Counted from the first letter of the stretch, positions 35,251 through 47,449 are shown. The stretch: 64,000 bases of DNA from an uncultured Acidobacteriaceae bacterium (GCA_963810955.1 CAWEPW010000043.1:37034-101033), one strand, 5' to 3'. Notes: generated by a model not told the origin, from the sequence alone. Program-made: numbers and translations.

Positions 35251-38200
35251 CTATTCCGCAGGGTCGTAGTTCAGGTTTTGCCCGAGCCATCGCTCGATCT
35301 CGGCCACGCTCATCCCCTTGCGTTTGCTATAGTCGGCGACTTGATCGCGGTCGATCTTGCCGAGACTGAAATATCGCGACTCCGGATGCGCGAAGTAAAG
35401 CCCGCTCACGCTCGAACCAGGCCACATCGCAAACGATTCCGTGATCAGCATCCCTGTATTGGCCCGCACATCGAGCAATCGCCAAAGGGTGCCCTTCTCC
35501 GTGTGATCCGGGCAAGCCGGATAGCCCGCAGCCGGCCGTATGCCCCTATATTTCTCGTGGATGAGATCCGCGTTGCTCAGACCTTCGCCACAACCGTAAC
35601 CCCATTGTTCCCGCACCCGCTTGTGCAGGCACTCGGCGAAAGCTTCAGCCAGGCGATCGGCAATCGCCTCGGCCATGATCGCGTTATAGTCGTCGTTCTT
35701 CGCGCGGAACCCGTCGCACAGTTCCTTCAATCCGATTCCGCTCGTTACGGCGAATGCACCGACGTGATCGGACAACCCCGTTTCCTTGGGCGCGATGAAG
35801 TCAGCAAGCGATCGGCACGGCTCGCTGCCCTCTTTATTGGATTGCTGACGAAGGAAGTGGAAACGCTCGAGCGTCTTTTCGTGTTTGTTATCCGTGTAGA
35901 GTTCGACATCGTCGCCCACGGCATTGGCTGGAAACAAGCCGTAAACGCCCCGCGCCGTGATCAGGTTTTTCCCCACGATCTGATCCAGCAGCGCATTGGC
36001 TTCGGCAAAGATCTGCCGGGCCTGTGCGCCTTGTCCTTCGTGCTCAAGAATGCGGGGATAAACTCCCTTCAGCCCCCAGGTGTGAAAAAACGGCGTCCAG
36101 TCAATGAAGTCGCGGAGCGTCGCCAGCGGAAAGTTGTCGAGCACCCGCACACCGGTAAATGACGGTGTAGGCAGGTCTTCGGCACGCCACTCAATGGGAG
36201 TTCGTCTCTTTCGCGCGGCCTCAAGCGAGATGACGCTTATCTTCTGCGCGGAATGGGACTTGCGAAGCGCATCGTAATCCGCGCGATGTTGCGCCACGAA
36301 TGCCGGCTTGCCCTCGTCGCTCAGAAGGCTGGTCGTCACCGGCACCGCCCGGCTGGCATCCAGGATGTGCACCACCGGCTCGCTATAGTGAGGCGCGATC
36401 TTGACGGCGGTGTGCGCCCGGCTCGTGGTTGCCCCGCCGATAAGCAGCGGCAATTTGAAGCCCTGCCGCTCCATCTCGCGGGCAACGTGCACCATCTCGT
36501 CGAGAGAGGGCGTGATCAGGCCGCTGAGTCCGATGAGATCCGCCTTTTCCGCCTTGGCGCGTTCCAGGATTTTTTCGCACGGGACCATCACTCCCATATC
36601 GATCACTTCATAGTTATTGCAAGCAAGGACCACGCCGACTATATTCTTGCCGATGTCGTGAACGTCGCCCTTGACGGTAGCGAGAAGGATTTTTCCCTGC
36701 GCCTTGACCACCTGGCCAGAGGCAGCCATCGCGACTTTCTCGGCCTCCATGAACGGCGTCAGGTGCGCCACCGCCTTCTTCATCACGCGGGCCGACTTGA
36801 CCACTTGAGGCAAGAACATCTTTCCCGCGCCGAACAGATCGCCGACCACACCCATGCCGGCCATCAAGCGGGCCCTCGATCACCAACAGAGGGCGGCCGA
36901 GCTTCAAGCGGGCTTCTTCGGTATCGAGTTCAATATAGGCGTCGATTCCCTTCACCAGCGCGTGGGAAAGACGCTCCTCGACCGTGCCGTTGCGCCATTC
37001 TTCGGCCTTTTTCTCACTTACTGCCTTGCCGACGCCTTTTAGCTTTTCGCCATAGTCCACCAGCCGCTCGGTCGCATCTGGACGGCGATTCAGCAGCACA
37101 TCCTCGACCAGAACCTTCAGCTCAGGCTCAATTTCTTCATAGACCTCGAGCATTCCGGCATTGACGATACCCATGTCCATGCCCGCGGTGATGGCGTGAT
37201 AAAGAAACGCGGAGTGCATGGCCTCACGCACCTTGTTATTGCCCCGGAAGCTGAAGGAGATATTCGAGACGCCGCCGCTGACTTTTGCGTGCGGCAGATT
37301 GGCCTTGATCCAACGCGTGGCGTTGATGAAATCAACCGCGTAGTTGTTGTGCTCCTCCATGCCGGTGGCAACGGTGAGGATGTTCGGATCGAAGATGATG
37401 TCTTCGGGGGGAAAGTCAACTTCGTCAACCAATATCCTGTAGGCGCGCTCGCAGACGCGGATCTTGTCGTCGAAAGTCGCGGCCTGGCCCTGCTCGTCGA
37501 AGGCCATCACCACCACAGCCGCGCCATACTTCATGACCGTGGCGGCGTTGTGGCGAAACTTCTCTTCGCCTTCTTTCAGCGAGATTGAATTGACAATACC
37601 CTTGCCCTGTAGACACTTCAGCCCCGCCTCGATAACCTCCCATTTCGAGGAGTCGATCATGAAAGGCACCTTGGCGACTTCGGGTTCGCTGGCCAGCAGT
37701 TGCAGGAAGCGCGTCATGGCGATGACGCCATCGATCATGCCCTCGTCCATACAAATATCGAGGACATTCGCTCCATTCTCAACCTGCTGACGGGCAACGC
37801 TTACCGCTTCTTCGTATTTACCCGCCTTGATGAGTTGCGCGAATTTGGGCGAACCTGCCACATTGGTTCGTTCGCCGATCACGATATAAACCCCAGGTTG
37901 TTGCGTGAACGGCTGCGATCCTGAGAGACGAAGCGGCTTGATCTCCCCCGCCTCGGGCACACTTATGATATCGGCCACACTCACTCTCTGCTCTCGCTTT
38001 GAATTGCGTAGGACCCCTCAACGAGCGTCGTGCCCCATCTTCGCGGGGGCTGGCCTTCGAGCGCCTTGGCGATAGCCGCGATGTGCTCGGGCGTATTGCC
38101 GCAGCAACCGCCAGCGATGTTGATCAGCCCTCCTCGCGCGAAGTCGCCGAGATAACGAGCCATATCCTGCGGCCTGAGATCGAAGCCGGTTTCCGACAGC

Positions 38201-39111
38201 GGATTCGGCAACCCTGCATTCGGGTAACACGAGATCGCCACGTCCGCCTTTTCCGAGAGATCTTCGAGAAATGGATACATCAGATCGGGACCGAGAGAGC
38301 AGTTGAGTCCGACTGATAACGGTTTCACGTGCCGCACCGCGTTCCAGAACGCCTCGGTCGTCTGCGCCGAGATCATCGTCTCGCCGCCACGTCCCACCGC
38401 CGCCGAGATCATCACTGGCAGTTCTTTGACATCATGGTCGAACACCTCACGGATTGCGACAAGTGCGGCTTTGGCGTTCAGCGAGTCGAAGATCGTCTCG
38501 ACTAAAAGCAAATCCACGCCGCCAGCGATAAGACCTCTTACCTGCTGCGCGTAGGCTGTCTTCACCTGATCGAAAGTGACCACTCGAAAGCCTGGATCGT
38601 CGGCATCGGGCGAGTTCGACAGAGAAACGGTCAGCGGCCCAATCGCTCCCGCCACGAATCGCTCACGCGAGGTTGCGGTTCCGATGCGGTCGGCCCATTC
38701 ACGGCACTGCCGCGCCGATTGCTCATTGATATCCCAAGTCAGGCCGTTAAGAAACGGATCGTCGACGACCTTTTGGTAGAACGCGGGGTCTTTGCGGCCG
38801 CCGCGTTCCCGCGGATCTTCGACAAAGAATTCGCTCTGGGTGATACTGGTTGCTCCGAACGTATTGGTCTCGATAATGTCCGCTCCCGCCTCCAGAAACC
38901 GGCGATGGATGTCACCGATCATTTCCGGCTTAGTAAGCGAGAAAAGATCACCGTTGTTCAGAAGGCTCTTCGTCGCGTCCTTGAATCGTTCTCCCCGGAT
39001 GTCCGCTTCTGTCATGCCGTAGCTGCGGATGGTCGTGCCCATCGCTCCATCGATGATGACAATGCGATCTTCGAGGATCTTCTCAAGAGTATGTTGGCGG
39101 GCTTTTATCAT
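35251..39111 (-). CDS. metH: Cobalamin-dependent methionine synthase MetH, present as three consecutive ORFs in different frames: Hcy-binding 37981-39111, pterin-binding 36614-37984, B12-binding plus AdoMet-activation 35251-36867
   Basis: All four MetH modules are present and colinear. At the junction near 36865, EGPL / [32 protein letters not shown] is separated by one extra g (cttgatg). The junction near 37985 changes frame by 2. Confidence 0.85.
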
Positions 39112-39466
39112 ATCTTTTCGATGATGTTAGGCAGCCTTAGATTCGGCCTTAACTGGGCGACATTTCCGCGAAGTACGCCTTATTTATTATAGCGATTGGC
39201 AGGATGCCCAAGCCCTGAGGCGTGTGGTCACTGAAGTAATGGTGGCACAGCGACGGATTACTATGCGCGACGATTTCAGGATTATTTTCATCAGCTTATG
39301 GCCTAAGCTCTAGTTCCCCTGCGGAGCATATAGCCGCCAACCCAGCGAGCTATGTGGATGCTCTATGACTGGTTCATCCCAGTCGCTGGTCACAATCGAA
39401 CCATCGGATGGCAGATTGCGTCCGCTATACTGCTTTCTCCCCATCTCTCTCTTCTGGAGTAGCTGA

Positions 39467-40711
39467 GTGAAGCAAATTACCCTCGCCGTCATTTTGCTTG
39501 TCTGCGTGCTGCTGGCCACACAGGCCGCTCCCATTGCAACCCCTTCTTCGAATCCGAAGGTCAGGACAATTACTGCATTCGTCCGGCTGGATAGAGACAA
39601 ATACCAACAGCAAATCGCGGAGGCTCTCGTCGTTTTGCGAAAGGTCAAGGCCGATTTCGAATCCGCTGGCTACGAAGTGCAAACAATACGCGTGACCACG
39701 CAACCCCTGGCAGAGCTCGTCGCCGATCTACCAGAAGATCAGGCGCTGGCATTTCTCACAAAGTTTGACGAGCTCTCCGCGAAAGAACATTTCATTCCGA
39801 ACGTTGGACCGGGCATGATGCATGAGAGCGACGATCCTGCGACGATGCACCTGCTGGAGAGGGCTCTGTCGAATCTGCCGAACATCCAGGCCAGCGCCAT
39901 CATCGCGGATGATGCCGGGATTCACTGGAAGACAATTCGTCGCACAGCTGAGCTTGTGAAATATGTCAGCGAACACAGTCCCCATAGCCAGGGAACCTTC
40001 AACTTCACGGCCACCGCGATGCTGAAGCCGCTGTCACCCTTCTTCCCTGGCTCGTACCACACCGGCGCTGGCAGACAATTCGCCATTGGTTTCGAAGGCG
40101 CCAATGTTGTTGGCGACGTCTTCTTAAAGGACAAAGGGAACGCTGACGCTGCCATCGCCGACCTCACCGCTGCGCTGACCAAACATGCATCAGTCGCAGA
40201 CAGGGTCGGCCGCAAGGTGGCTGCGGAGACGGGTTGGATCTACGTGGGAGTCGACCCTACCCCGGCGCCTCTTGGGGACGTTTCCATCGGGGCCGCCATC
40301 GAAGCCTTTACAGGCGCGAAATTCGGCTCCAGCGGAACCCTGACTGCAGCTCGCATCATCACCACGGCAGTCAAGGCTGTGCCAGTGAAACAAGTTGGCT
40401 ACTCAGGATTGATGGTGCCGGTTATGGAGGACAGACTCTTGGCCCAACGCTGGGCGGAGTCCACCTACAACATCGACTCCTTGCTCGCTTACTCGGCCGT
40501 TTGCGGTACCGGCCTGGATACGATCCCACTTCCCGGCGAGATCGGCCTCGATCAATTGGAACGTATCTACGGTGACGTTGCTTCGCTCGCGACGAAGTGG
40601 AACAAACCGCTCTCGGCACGTTTGCAGCCGGTTCCGAACAAGGAGCCAGGCGACCAGACGGACTTTCAGGGCCCCTACTTGTTCAACACCACAGTGCACC
40701 CGCTGCCCTAG
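39467..40711 (+). CDS. DUF711 (UPF0210) family protein with a hydrophobic N-terminus
   Basis: VRTITAFVRL.. and overall similarity to UPF0210 proteins; 414 aa. Confidence 0.5.
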   Translation: MKQITLAVILLVCVLLATQAAPIATPSSNPKVRTITAFVRLDRDKYQQQIAEALVVLRKVKADFESAGYEVQTIRVTTQPLAELVADLPEDQALAFLTKFDELSAKEHFIPNVGPGMMHESDDPATMHLLERALSNLPNIQASAIIADDAGIHWKTIRRTAELVKYVSEHSPHSQGTFNFTATAMLKPLSPFFPGSYHTGAGRQFAIGFEGANVVGDVFLKDKGNADAAIADLTAALTKHASVADRVGRKVAAETGWIYVGVDPTPAPLGDVSIGAAIEAFTGAKFGSSGTLTAARIITTAVKAVPVKQVGYSGLMVPVMEDRLLAQRWAESTYNIDSLLAYSAVCGTGLDTIPLPGEIGLDQLERIYGDVASLATKWNKPLSARLQPVPNKEPGDQTDFQGPYLFNTTVHPLP

Positions 40712-40730
40712 TTTGGTCCGCTCGCCGCCG

Positions 40731-40751
40731 TGCTGCCAACCCTTGGCAGCA
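40731..40751. terminator. Perfect 9-bp hairpin (tgctgccaa ccc ttggcagca) 20 nt after the preceding stop; candidate terminator without a U-tract
   Basis: Read directly. Confidence 0.3.
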
Positions 40752-41050
40752 TCAATACCCATGCCGTTGGCCCGGTTGACGGGCAAGTAATCCCGATCTC
40801 AAAGGAAGGATTGCCGACAACCTGGTAGGAACCACCTCCGCGGATTTCCAGTACACAAGTGTTGGTAGACCATAATGCATGCTATAGGCAAGGTTTTCAG
40901 GACTCCTAACTTCCATGGCGAACAAGGTTAGCTCCTGCGGAATCTGCCGCTGACGCGGATCATCGAATAACCATGCTTCTTCAGCCTGCCCGGCGAGATG
41001 GCCGTCGCTATGTTAATCCCGTGCCGACGAAGATCGGTGGACTTTCAATT

Positions 41051-41992
41051 ATGTTCAAGGTCGGACCGCGGTTCTTTCTGGACGCTAAGGCACGCGCGCC
41101 ACAGAGGCCGCTTGGTCCGTTTTATACGGACACGAGAATTTACAGCAGGAGCCCGCGCTCGGGACTGCGCATCACGTGGATGGGACATGCCTCGTCGATG
41201 ATCGAGATCGATGGTGTACGCATCCTGACCGACCCGCTTTGGGATGAGCGCGCGGCGCCGATGAGCTGGATTGGACCCAAGCGGTTTTTCCCTCCGCCCC
41301 TGGAACTACACGATCTTCCGCGCATCGACGCAGTGATTATTTCGCACGATCACTACGATCACCTGGGCGCGGGTTCTGTACGGGCATTGGCGCAGTTGGC
41401 CGCACTCGACAGGGCGGAATGGATCGTGCCCCTCGGAGTTGGGGCGTTGCTGAAACGGTTCGGTGTGCCGACAGTGCGTTGCCTGGAGTTGAACTGGATG
41501 GACAGCACGCGAGTGGGCCCAGTAAAGGCAACGGCGCTTCCAGCACGGCATTTTTCGGGCCGCAGCCTGTTCAATCGCTGCGAAACGCTGTGGGCATCGT
41601 TTACATTGGCCGGTCCGCAGCACTCTGTTTACTATGGAGCCGATTCTGGTGAGTGGGAGGGCTTCCGCGAAATCGGTGAGCAGTTTGGGCCCTTCGACGT
41701 GGCCATGCTCGAGATTGGCGCCTCGGATCCTTTGTGGGCGGATATTCATATGGGGCCGGAAGGTGCCGTGCGCAGCTTTCGTGCTCTGGGTGGCCATGGC
41801 CTGCTCATGCCGATTCATTGGGGACTATTCGATCTAGCTCGGCATCACTGGAGCCAGCCCATCGAGACAATCTCTCGGGTTGAAGGATTGCAGCTTTGGT
41901 CGCCGACGCCGGGCGTCCCTTCGGAGGTAGTCGCTGGCGAGGAACTGCGGTCGGAGTGGTGGCGTCAAGGCCTCAGCCCGGCGCCGAGTTAG
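41051..41992 (+). CDS. MBL-fold metallo-hydrolase
   Basis: AVIISHDHYDHLG metal-binding motif; 313 aa from the ATG at 41051. Confidence 0.6.
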   Translation: MFKVGPRFFLDAKARAPQRPLGPFYTDTRIYSRSPRSGLRITWMGHASSMIEIDGVRILTDPLWDERAAPMSWIGPKRFFPPPLELHDLPRIDAVIISHDHYDHLGAGSVRALAQLAALDRAEWIVPLGVGALLKRFGVPTVRCLELNWMDSTRVGPVKATALPARHFSGRSLFNRCETLWASFTLAGPQHSVYYGADSGEWEGFREIGEQFGPFDVAMLEIGASDPLWADIHMGPEGAVRSFRALGGHGLLMPIHWGLFDLARHHWSQPIETISRVEGLQLWSPTPGVPSEVVAGEELRSEWWRQGLSPAPS

Positions 41993-42336
41993 TAGTGAAA
42001 CAACACGCTTGCAGTTACCCCGCCCGAAAATGGTGAAGCCAGATATGAGGGAACATCCTGTCGAAGAACAGCGGCATCATCGGCGATATCAGACTATTAT
42101 TCCGGTGGCATGCACCACAAGGTTTCAGATTGCATCTGACCTACGAACGTGCGTTTTGATGGGGCCAGAAGACTACTGATGACAGCGGCAGGTACACACG
42201 GAAGCAGTTGGGAACTGGGGACTCGCTTCGGCCGCCGCTGGATCGGCTCAGGTCTGGCGGTATTCGCAGCTGCATTTTGGCTGGCTTCGGGGCGTTGGTG
42301 AGGACCTCGTCCGGCCCGTTCGCGAACATTCTGTTT

Positions 42337-43116
42337 ATGATCGGAACGCTTCTACTGTGGACTCATTTCACAGCGGCTCAGAACGACGTGGCCGGCATCA
42401 TTCGTCGTTCCGTTGAGGCGAACAACCGCGACTGGGCCGCAGCTCCGGACTTCGATAATTCTGAACGCGACCGAACGAAAGACGGAGATAAGACATACGC
42501 GGTCACGATGTTGGACGGTTCTCCATATAGACGCCTTATTGCAATGAATGGACATCATCTCAGTGCCCAAAAACAACAGGAAGAACAGAAGAAATACCAG
42601 GATGCAGTAGCGGCACGGCAACATGAATCGCCGGACAAACGATCGGAGAGAATCGCGAAGTACGAGGCCGAAAGAAAACGCGACCATACGATGCTTGAAC
42701 AAATGACGTCCGGGTTCGACTTTCATCTGGTTGGCAAACGCAGGCTCAGCGGCCACAAGGTGTATGTACTTAAGGCGACACCGCGCAAAGGCTATAAGCC
42801 TCCCGATCACGACAGCCAGATGCTCACTGGAATGGAAGGAACGCTATGGATCGATCAGAAGGCATTCCAATGGGTGAAGGTTGAGGCACACGTCGTTCAT
42901 CCGGTCAGGATCGAAGGCTTCATCGCAGAAGTAGAACCGGGTACGCGCTTCGAAGTTGAAAAACGGCCGGTCACCAGCAATGTCTGGCTGACATCGCATT
43001 ATTCGATGAAGTCGAATGCCAAAGTTATGCTTCTGATACCACACAAAGACGAGGAAGACGATACATTTTTCAACTATCACAAAGCAGCGGAATCGAAATC
43101 TGTTGCGCACCCATAG
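42337..43116 (+). CDS. Hypothetical secreted protein
   Basis: [15 protein letters not shown] signal-like N-terminus; no family recognised. Confidence 0.35.
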   Translation: MIGTLLLWTHFTAAQNDVAGIIRRSVEANNRDWAAAPDFDNSERDRTKDGDKTYAVTMLDGSPYRRLIAMNGHHLSAQKQQEEQKKYQDAVAARQHESPDKRSERIAKYEAERKRDHTMLEQMTSGFDFHLVGKRRLSGHKVYVLKATPRKGYKPPDHDSQMLTGMEGTLWIDQKAFQWVKVEAHVVHPVRIEGFIAEVEPGTRFEVEKRPVTSNVWLTSHYSMKSNAKVMLLIPHKDEEDDTFFNYHKAAESKSVAHP

Positions 43117-43277
43117 TTTGCGAATGATCTCAGCAGCTTCCACCAGGCGCTCGGAACGCTCGGCCACTTGGGCCAGGAGCCAACTGCCGCCTCTTCATTC
43201 AATGCTTCGCCTGAGCCAATACCGAGGAAAATACGGCCGGGATGCAGAAGGCTCAGCGACGCGAAGCCCTCGGCCAC
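43077..43277 (-). pseudogene. Remnant (~66 aa) of a luciferase-like (LLM-class) flavin-dependent oxidoreductase
   Basis: [25 protein letters not shown] matches the conserved PGRxxLGxGxGxxxxE..G block of LLM oxidoreductases. There is no room for the rest of the protein before the neighbouring genes. Confidence 0.4.
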
Positions 43278-43375
43278 GACGCCGGGGTTTAAGCATACGG
43301 GTACTTGACCTCGGTCCCTGTATGAGAGCGAGACTCAGATCATTGTGAAAATCAACCGCCCCTAGCCTCGGATGT

Positions 43376-44074
43376 CTAACGCGTGAATTCCAGTTTTCGA
43401 ATCGCAGGGTGAGCGCTTAACTCCTGAACGGCACTGGGAAGGTTAGTGTCTTCGTGTTTGCCTTTCCATTCGAGCTTCCATGCGTAGACCTTGTCTGTAC
43501 TCGGTGAACTCTCAACGGAGAGAGCGGGTTCACTGACCGAAAGACCATCACGGGTAAGAAGCGCGGCGATTTCACCTTGTGTTGGCCCGTTCGGCGAAAC
43601 ATTTACGCGAAGTATTCCACTGTGCTGGCGCGGGATTCGAATTTCAATTTTCTTCAATCCTCTGAGCACCAGAAAGCCCGCGGCAAAACCCTCCAAGCCA
43701 AGTCCAAGCTGTCCGCCTCCGAAACAGAGGCCCATGACCGTGACGAACCAGATGGTGGCGGCGGTTGTGACTCCCACCGTCAATTCACCTCGCTTCACGA
43801 TTGCGCCACCCCCGATAAAGCCAATTCCTGTAAGAATCCCAAGAGGAAGTCGCATGATATCCATCACTACAAACGAATCCGCGGGCTTGCCGTTTGAATT
43901 GATCAGCCAGTTCGCCTGGATCATGGCAAGACAAGCGGCAAGTCCGACGAGCAGATTGGTGCGGAGTCCCGCCGCCCGGCCTCGTTCGTCACGATCAAAG
44001 CCAAGTATTCCGGCACACAGGAGGGTCAGCGCCAAACGCACGGTGATCGATTGCCACGTCAGAATGTTTGGCAT
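43376..44074 (-). CDS. mgtC: MgtC/SapB family membrane protein
   Basis: RLALTLLCAGILGFDRDERGRAAGLRTNLLVGLAACL; 232 aa. Confidence 0.8.
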   Translation of the reverse strand: MPNILTWQSITVRLALTLLCAGILGFDRDERGRAAGLRTNLLVGLAACLAMIQANWLINSNGKPADSFVVMDIMRLPLGILTGIGFIGGGAIVKRGELTVGVTTAATIWFVTVMGLCFGGGQLGLGLEGFAAGFLVLRGLKKIEIRIPRQHSGILRVNVSPNGPTQGEIAALLTRDGLSVSEPALSVESSPSTDKVYAWKLEWKGKHEDTNLPSAVQELSAHPAIRKLEFTR

Positions 44075-44512
44075 AGTGTGTCTCCGTTTGTACGACGACT
44101 GTGCGGGCGATTCTAAGATTGTTGACCTGCCAATGCCAATCGTTTCCAGGTCAAGGATACTCCTGCGCAGACTATGTCATTACGCCAAGTGCCAACACCG
44201 ACAATTGTGAACCGAACACTCGTGTTAACACGCTTACGAACAGAGTACGGCCTGGGCGTGTAATGATGCGATTCGAGAGAGCGTCATTGAATGGCACTAG
44301 CTGCCATCGACAAATGGTGAATCTTGAGGCTACTTCTATTTTGCTTTTCCCTTCTCGATCGGCAACTTTTATGCCGTTTATTTCATCTGCCAACGTAATC
44401 CCTTTCAAGCGCATCCCATAGCGACACCGGTCTGATATAAGCTCGCCAGGTGGATTCGCTCGGCAGCCGGAAACGCGCGGGCGCGGGTGCAATCAAAGTC
44501 GAGCGGCTGCCT

Positions 44513-47449
44513 ATGCGTTTTTCGGTATTGTCTTTATTGCTCTTCGGCGCGCTTAGTGGGGCCGCCCAAGTTTTCTCTACGGCTGCGCAAGCGCTCTATG
44601 ACGGGCAACAGGTAACCGCTGTCGACCTTATTGCCAATCCCCATCGCAACGTGGAACCTCTACGAGATTACATTACGCAACATGCCGGAGAACCATATTC
44701 CGAAGCGAAGGTGGAGGCCAGCATCAACGCGCTGCAAAAAAACGGAGGTTTCCAAAAAGTCACGGCCGATGTTGTTCCGGACATCTCCGGCGTGCGGCTG
44801 AATTTTATTCTTGAGCCTGCCTATTACCTGGGAGTGATCGAATTTCAGGGAGTCGCAAAGTCGTTTTCTTATTCACGCCTGCTTCTAACGGTAAATTTGC
44901 AAGACGAAGATCCTTATGACCAAGCGCGCATCCCGATGGCGAAGGCAGCGTTATTGCACTTTCTCCAACACGATGGATATTTTCTGGCAACGGTGGCGGT
45001 TGAGCCGCATATCGACGATACCAATCAAATAGTAAATATTACCTTCACGGTGGCCATGGGAAAGCAGGCCCGCATTGGGCGCGTCGCGGTTGAAGGTCCG
45101 GCGGAGCCGGCACAGGCCTCGTTGGTTCATAGCACGCGTTCGCTGCGCGCGAGGTTCACAGGCGCACTGCTCAAGCCGGGAAAGCCTTACACCCCGGCAC
45201 GGATAAAAGCTGCAATCAAGGCGATGAAGAGGTCACTCAGGCAACAGCATCGACTGGCCAGCACGGTCACCGAACTACCTCCCCAATATCATACGGAGAC
45301 GAATCGGGTGGACGTCTCGTTCAAGATTGAAACGGGGCCCGTGGTGATCATTCGCACTACAGGCGCGCGTCTTTCTTCGATCCCTTTCATGTCAAGCCGG
45401 GAAATGAAGAGACTCATCCCCATTTACTCCGAGGGCGCGATCGATTCCGACCTGGTCCAGGAGGGACAGAACAATCTCGTGGACTACTTTCAGAAGAAGG
45501 GCTTCTTCGACGTCAAGGTAACCACAGATTTCGAGAAGCAAGCTGATCAACTTTCGCTCGTATATAAAATCGATCGCGGCAAAAAGCACAAGGTGGGACG
45601 GATTGCCTTCCGCGGCAATAATCAGATAGCCGCAAAGGCCTTGTTACCCCAGGTCGCAATCCACAAATCTCACATCTGGTCACATGGCAACATTAGTCAG
45701 AAGCTGATTAAACAGAGTGTCGATAACCTCGAAGGCTTCTATCGCGATAAGGGTTTTGAGGATGTGAAGGTTACCCCACTGGTCGCGGAACATGATCCGC
45801 AAATCGACGTCACGTTTGAAATCACTGAGGGACAGCAGACACTCATCGACAGCATACGTGTAACCGGAAACCGCAGCGTGCCGCAAAATCAACTGGCCGC
45901 TCCAAAAGGCTTTAAATTAAAGGTTGGCGCGCCATTTTCCGCGCGGCGAGTGACCGACGATCGTAATCGTATCTCGGCAACCTATTTGGAGCGCGGATAT
46001 CTCAATGCCGAAGTTAAAGCGAGCGTGAGCCGCCATTCCGGCGACCAACACCGCGTGGACGTGACTTACACCATCGAAGAGCATCAATTGGTAAGTATGA
46101 AAAACGTTATCTACCTGGGCCAAGAACACACGCGGCTGTTGTTGATCAAGAAAACCGCGAACCTGCGGCCCGAGGCTCCGATGGAAAGAGGCCAGATGCT
46201 CGCGGCGGAGAGCCGACTTTATGACTTGAATGTGTTCGATTGGTCGAGCGTTGGACCGCGGAAGCCAATCACCGATCAGATGGACGAAGACGCCATCGTC
46301 AAAGTGCACGAAGCTCAGCGCAACGAGATTACATACGGGTTCGGATTTGAGGTGTCGCATCGTGGAGGCAACATACCCAGCGGAACCGTCGCCGTGCCGG
46401 GTCTGCCGGTCGTTGGCTTGGGGAGCAATCAGATTGCACCGAGCCAGGCTCTCTATGCCAGCCCTCTGGGGTCGATCGATTTCACGCGGCGAAATATGAG
46501 GGGGCTGGCGGAGACCGCGAGCGCTTCGATTCTGTTGTCGCGGCTCGACCAGCGCGTGCTCGCCACTTATTTGCAGCCGCACTTTCTTGGGTCGGGATGG
46601 AGTTCGCTGACCAGCTTCTCTGTTGAGCGCACTACCGAGAATCCGCTGTTTGCGGCAGGCCTGGGCGATGTGTCATTCCAACTCGAGAAACTCATCAGCC
46701 GGAAGGATCATACGAGGCTGCAGCTCCGCTACGATTTCAATAAGACCGACTTGTCGCACCTGCTGGTGCCTGAACTGGTGCTGCCGCAGGATCGCAACAT
46801 TCACCTCTCCACGTTTTCGGGGACACTCATTCGCGACAGCAGGGACAAACCCTTGGACGCGCATCGCGGTGTTTTCGCGACTCTCGACTTGAGGATTACG
46901 CCGATTAGTCTTGGCTCCAGCGCAAATTTTGCCAAGGTCTTCGGACAATATTCTTTCTATAAGCCGATTCATTCGCTGGTTTTCGCCAACAGCGTACGGC
47001 TGGGATTGGCGAAGGCATTCAATGGAAGTTTTGTGCCCACCAGCCAACTTTACTTCTCCGGGGGTGGAACGACTCTGCGCGGCTTTCCAATTAATGAAGC
47101 CGGGCCGCAACGTCTGGTGCCGTTCTGCAACGTCCTCAAGGGTCAGACGGGATGCGTCAACGTCACCCTGCCGGTCGGCGGGAGGCAGTTGTTCATCTTG
47201 AACTCGGAGATGCGTTTTCCGCTTCGGGTCATGAAGGATCTGGGAGGAGTCGTATTTTACGACGGGGGAAACGTTGACAGCGCCATCAGCTTCCACGACT
47301 TTACGAACAACTATACGAACACCGTCGGGATTGGCTTGCGGTATGCAACGCCGATCGGGCCCATTCGCATCGATTTGGGGCGCAACTTAAACCCTGTGCC
47401 CGGGATCAATCCGACACAGTACTTCATCACGTTAGGTCAGGCGTTTTGA
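44513..47449 (+). CDS. Omp85 (BamA/TamA) family outer-membrane protein with POTRA repeats and a C-terminal beta-barrel
   Basis: Signal peptide MRFSVLSLLLFGALSGAAQ. Repeated POTRA-like units, then a C-terminal barrel ending ..YFITLGQAF. Intact, ~980 aa. Confidence 0.75.
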   Translation: MRFSVLSLLLFGALSGAAQVFSTAAQALYDGQQVTAVDLIANPHRNVEPLRDYITQHAGEPYSEAKVEASINALQKNGGFQKVTADVVPDISGVRLNFILEPAYYLGVIEFQGVAKSFSYSRLLLTVNLQDEDPYDQARIPMAKAALLHFLQHDGYFLATVAVEPHIDDTNQIVNITFTVAMGKQARIGRVAVEGPAEPAQASLVHSTRSLRARFTGALLKPGKPYTPARIKAAIKAMKRSLRQQHRLASTVTELPPQYHTETNRVDVSFKIETGPVVIIRTTGARLSSIPFMSSREMKRLIPIYSEGAIDSDLVQEGQNNLVDYFQKKGFFDVKVTTDFEKQADQLSLVYKIDRGKKHKVGRIAFRGNNQIAAKALLPQVAIHKSHIWSHGNISQKLIKQSVDNLEGFYRDKGFEDVKVTPLVAEHDPQIDVTFEITEGQQTLIDSIRVTGNRSVPQNQLAAPKGFKLKVGAPFSARRVTDDRNRISATYLERGYLNAEVKASVSRHSGDQHRVDVTYTIEEHQLVSMKNVIYLGQEHTRLLLIKKTANLRPEAPMERGQMLAAESRLYDLNVFDWSSVGPRKPITDQMDEDAIVKVHEAQRNEITYGFGFEVSHRGGNIPSGTVAVPGLPVVGLGSNQIAPSQALYASPLGSIDFTRRNMRGLAETASASILLSRLDQRVLATYLQPHFLGSGWSSLTSFSVERTTENPLFAAGLGDVSFQLEKLISRKDHTRLQLRYDFNKTDLSHLLVPELVLPQDRNIHLSTFSGTLIRDSRDKPLDAHRGVFATLDLRITPISLGSSANFAKVFGQYSFYKPIHSLVFANSVRLGLAKAFNGSFVPTSQLYFSGGGTTLRGFPINEAGPQRLVPFCNVLKGQTGCVNVTLPVGGRQLFILNSEMRFPLRVMKDLGGVVFYDGGNVDSAISFHDFTNNYTNTVGIGLRYATPIGPIRIDLGRNLNPVPGINPTQYFITLGQAF

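Noticed and set aside
39112-39466. Possible cobalamin, SAM or SAH riboswitch in the metH leader
   Set aside because: No recognisable conserved riboswitch core could be identified by eye. Only a TATAAT-like box (ttgggc-N14-tataat) was seen, which is too weak to report as a promoter.
42050-42190. 46-codon ORF (MREHPVEEQRHHRRYQ...) in the intergenic region before the secreted hypothetical
   Set aside because: No SD sequence or motif. Length and composition are within chance expectation for this GC content.
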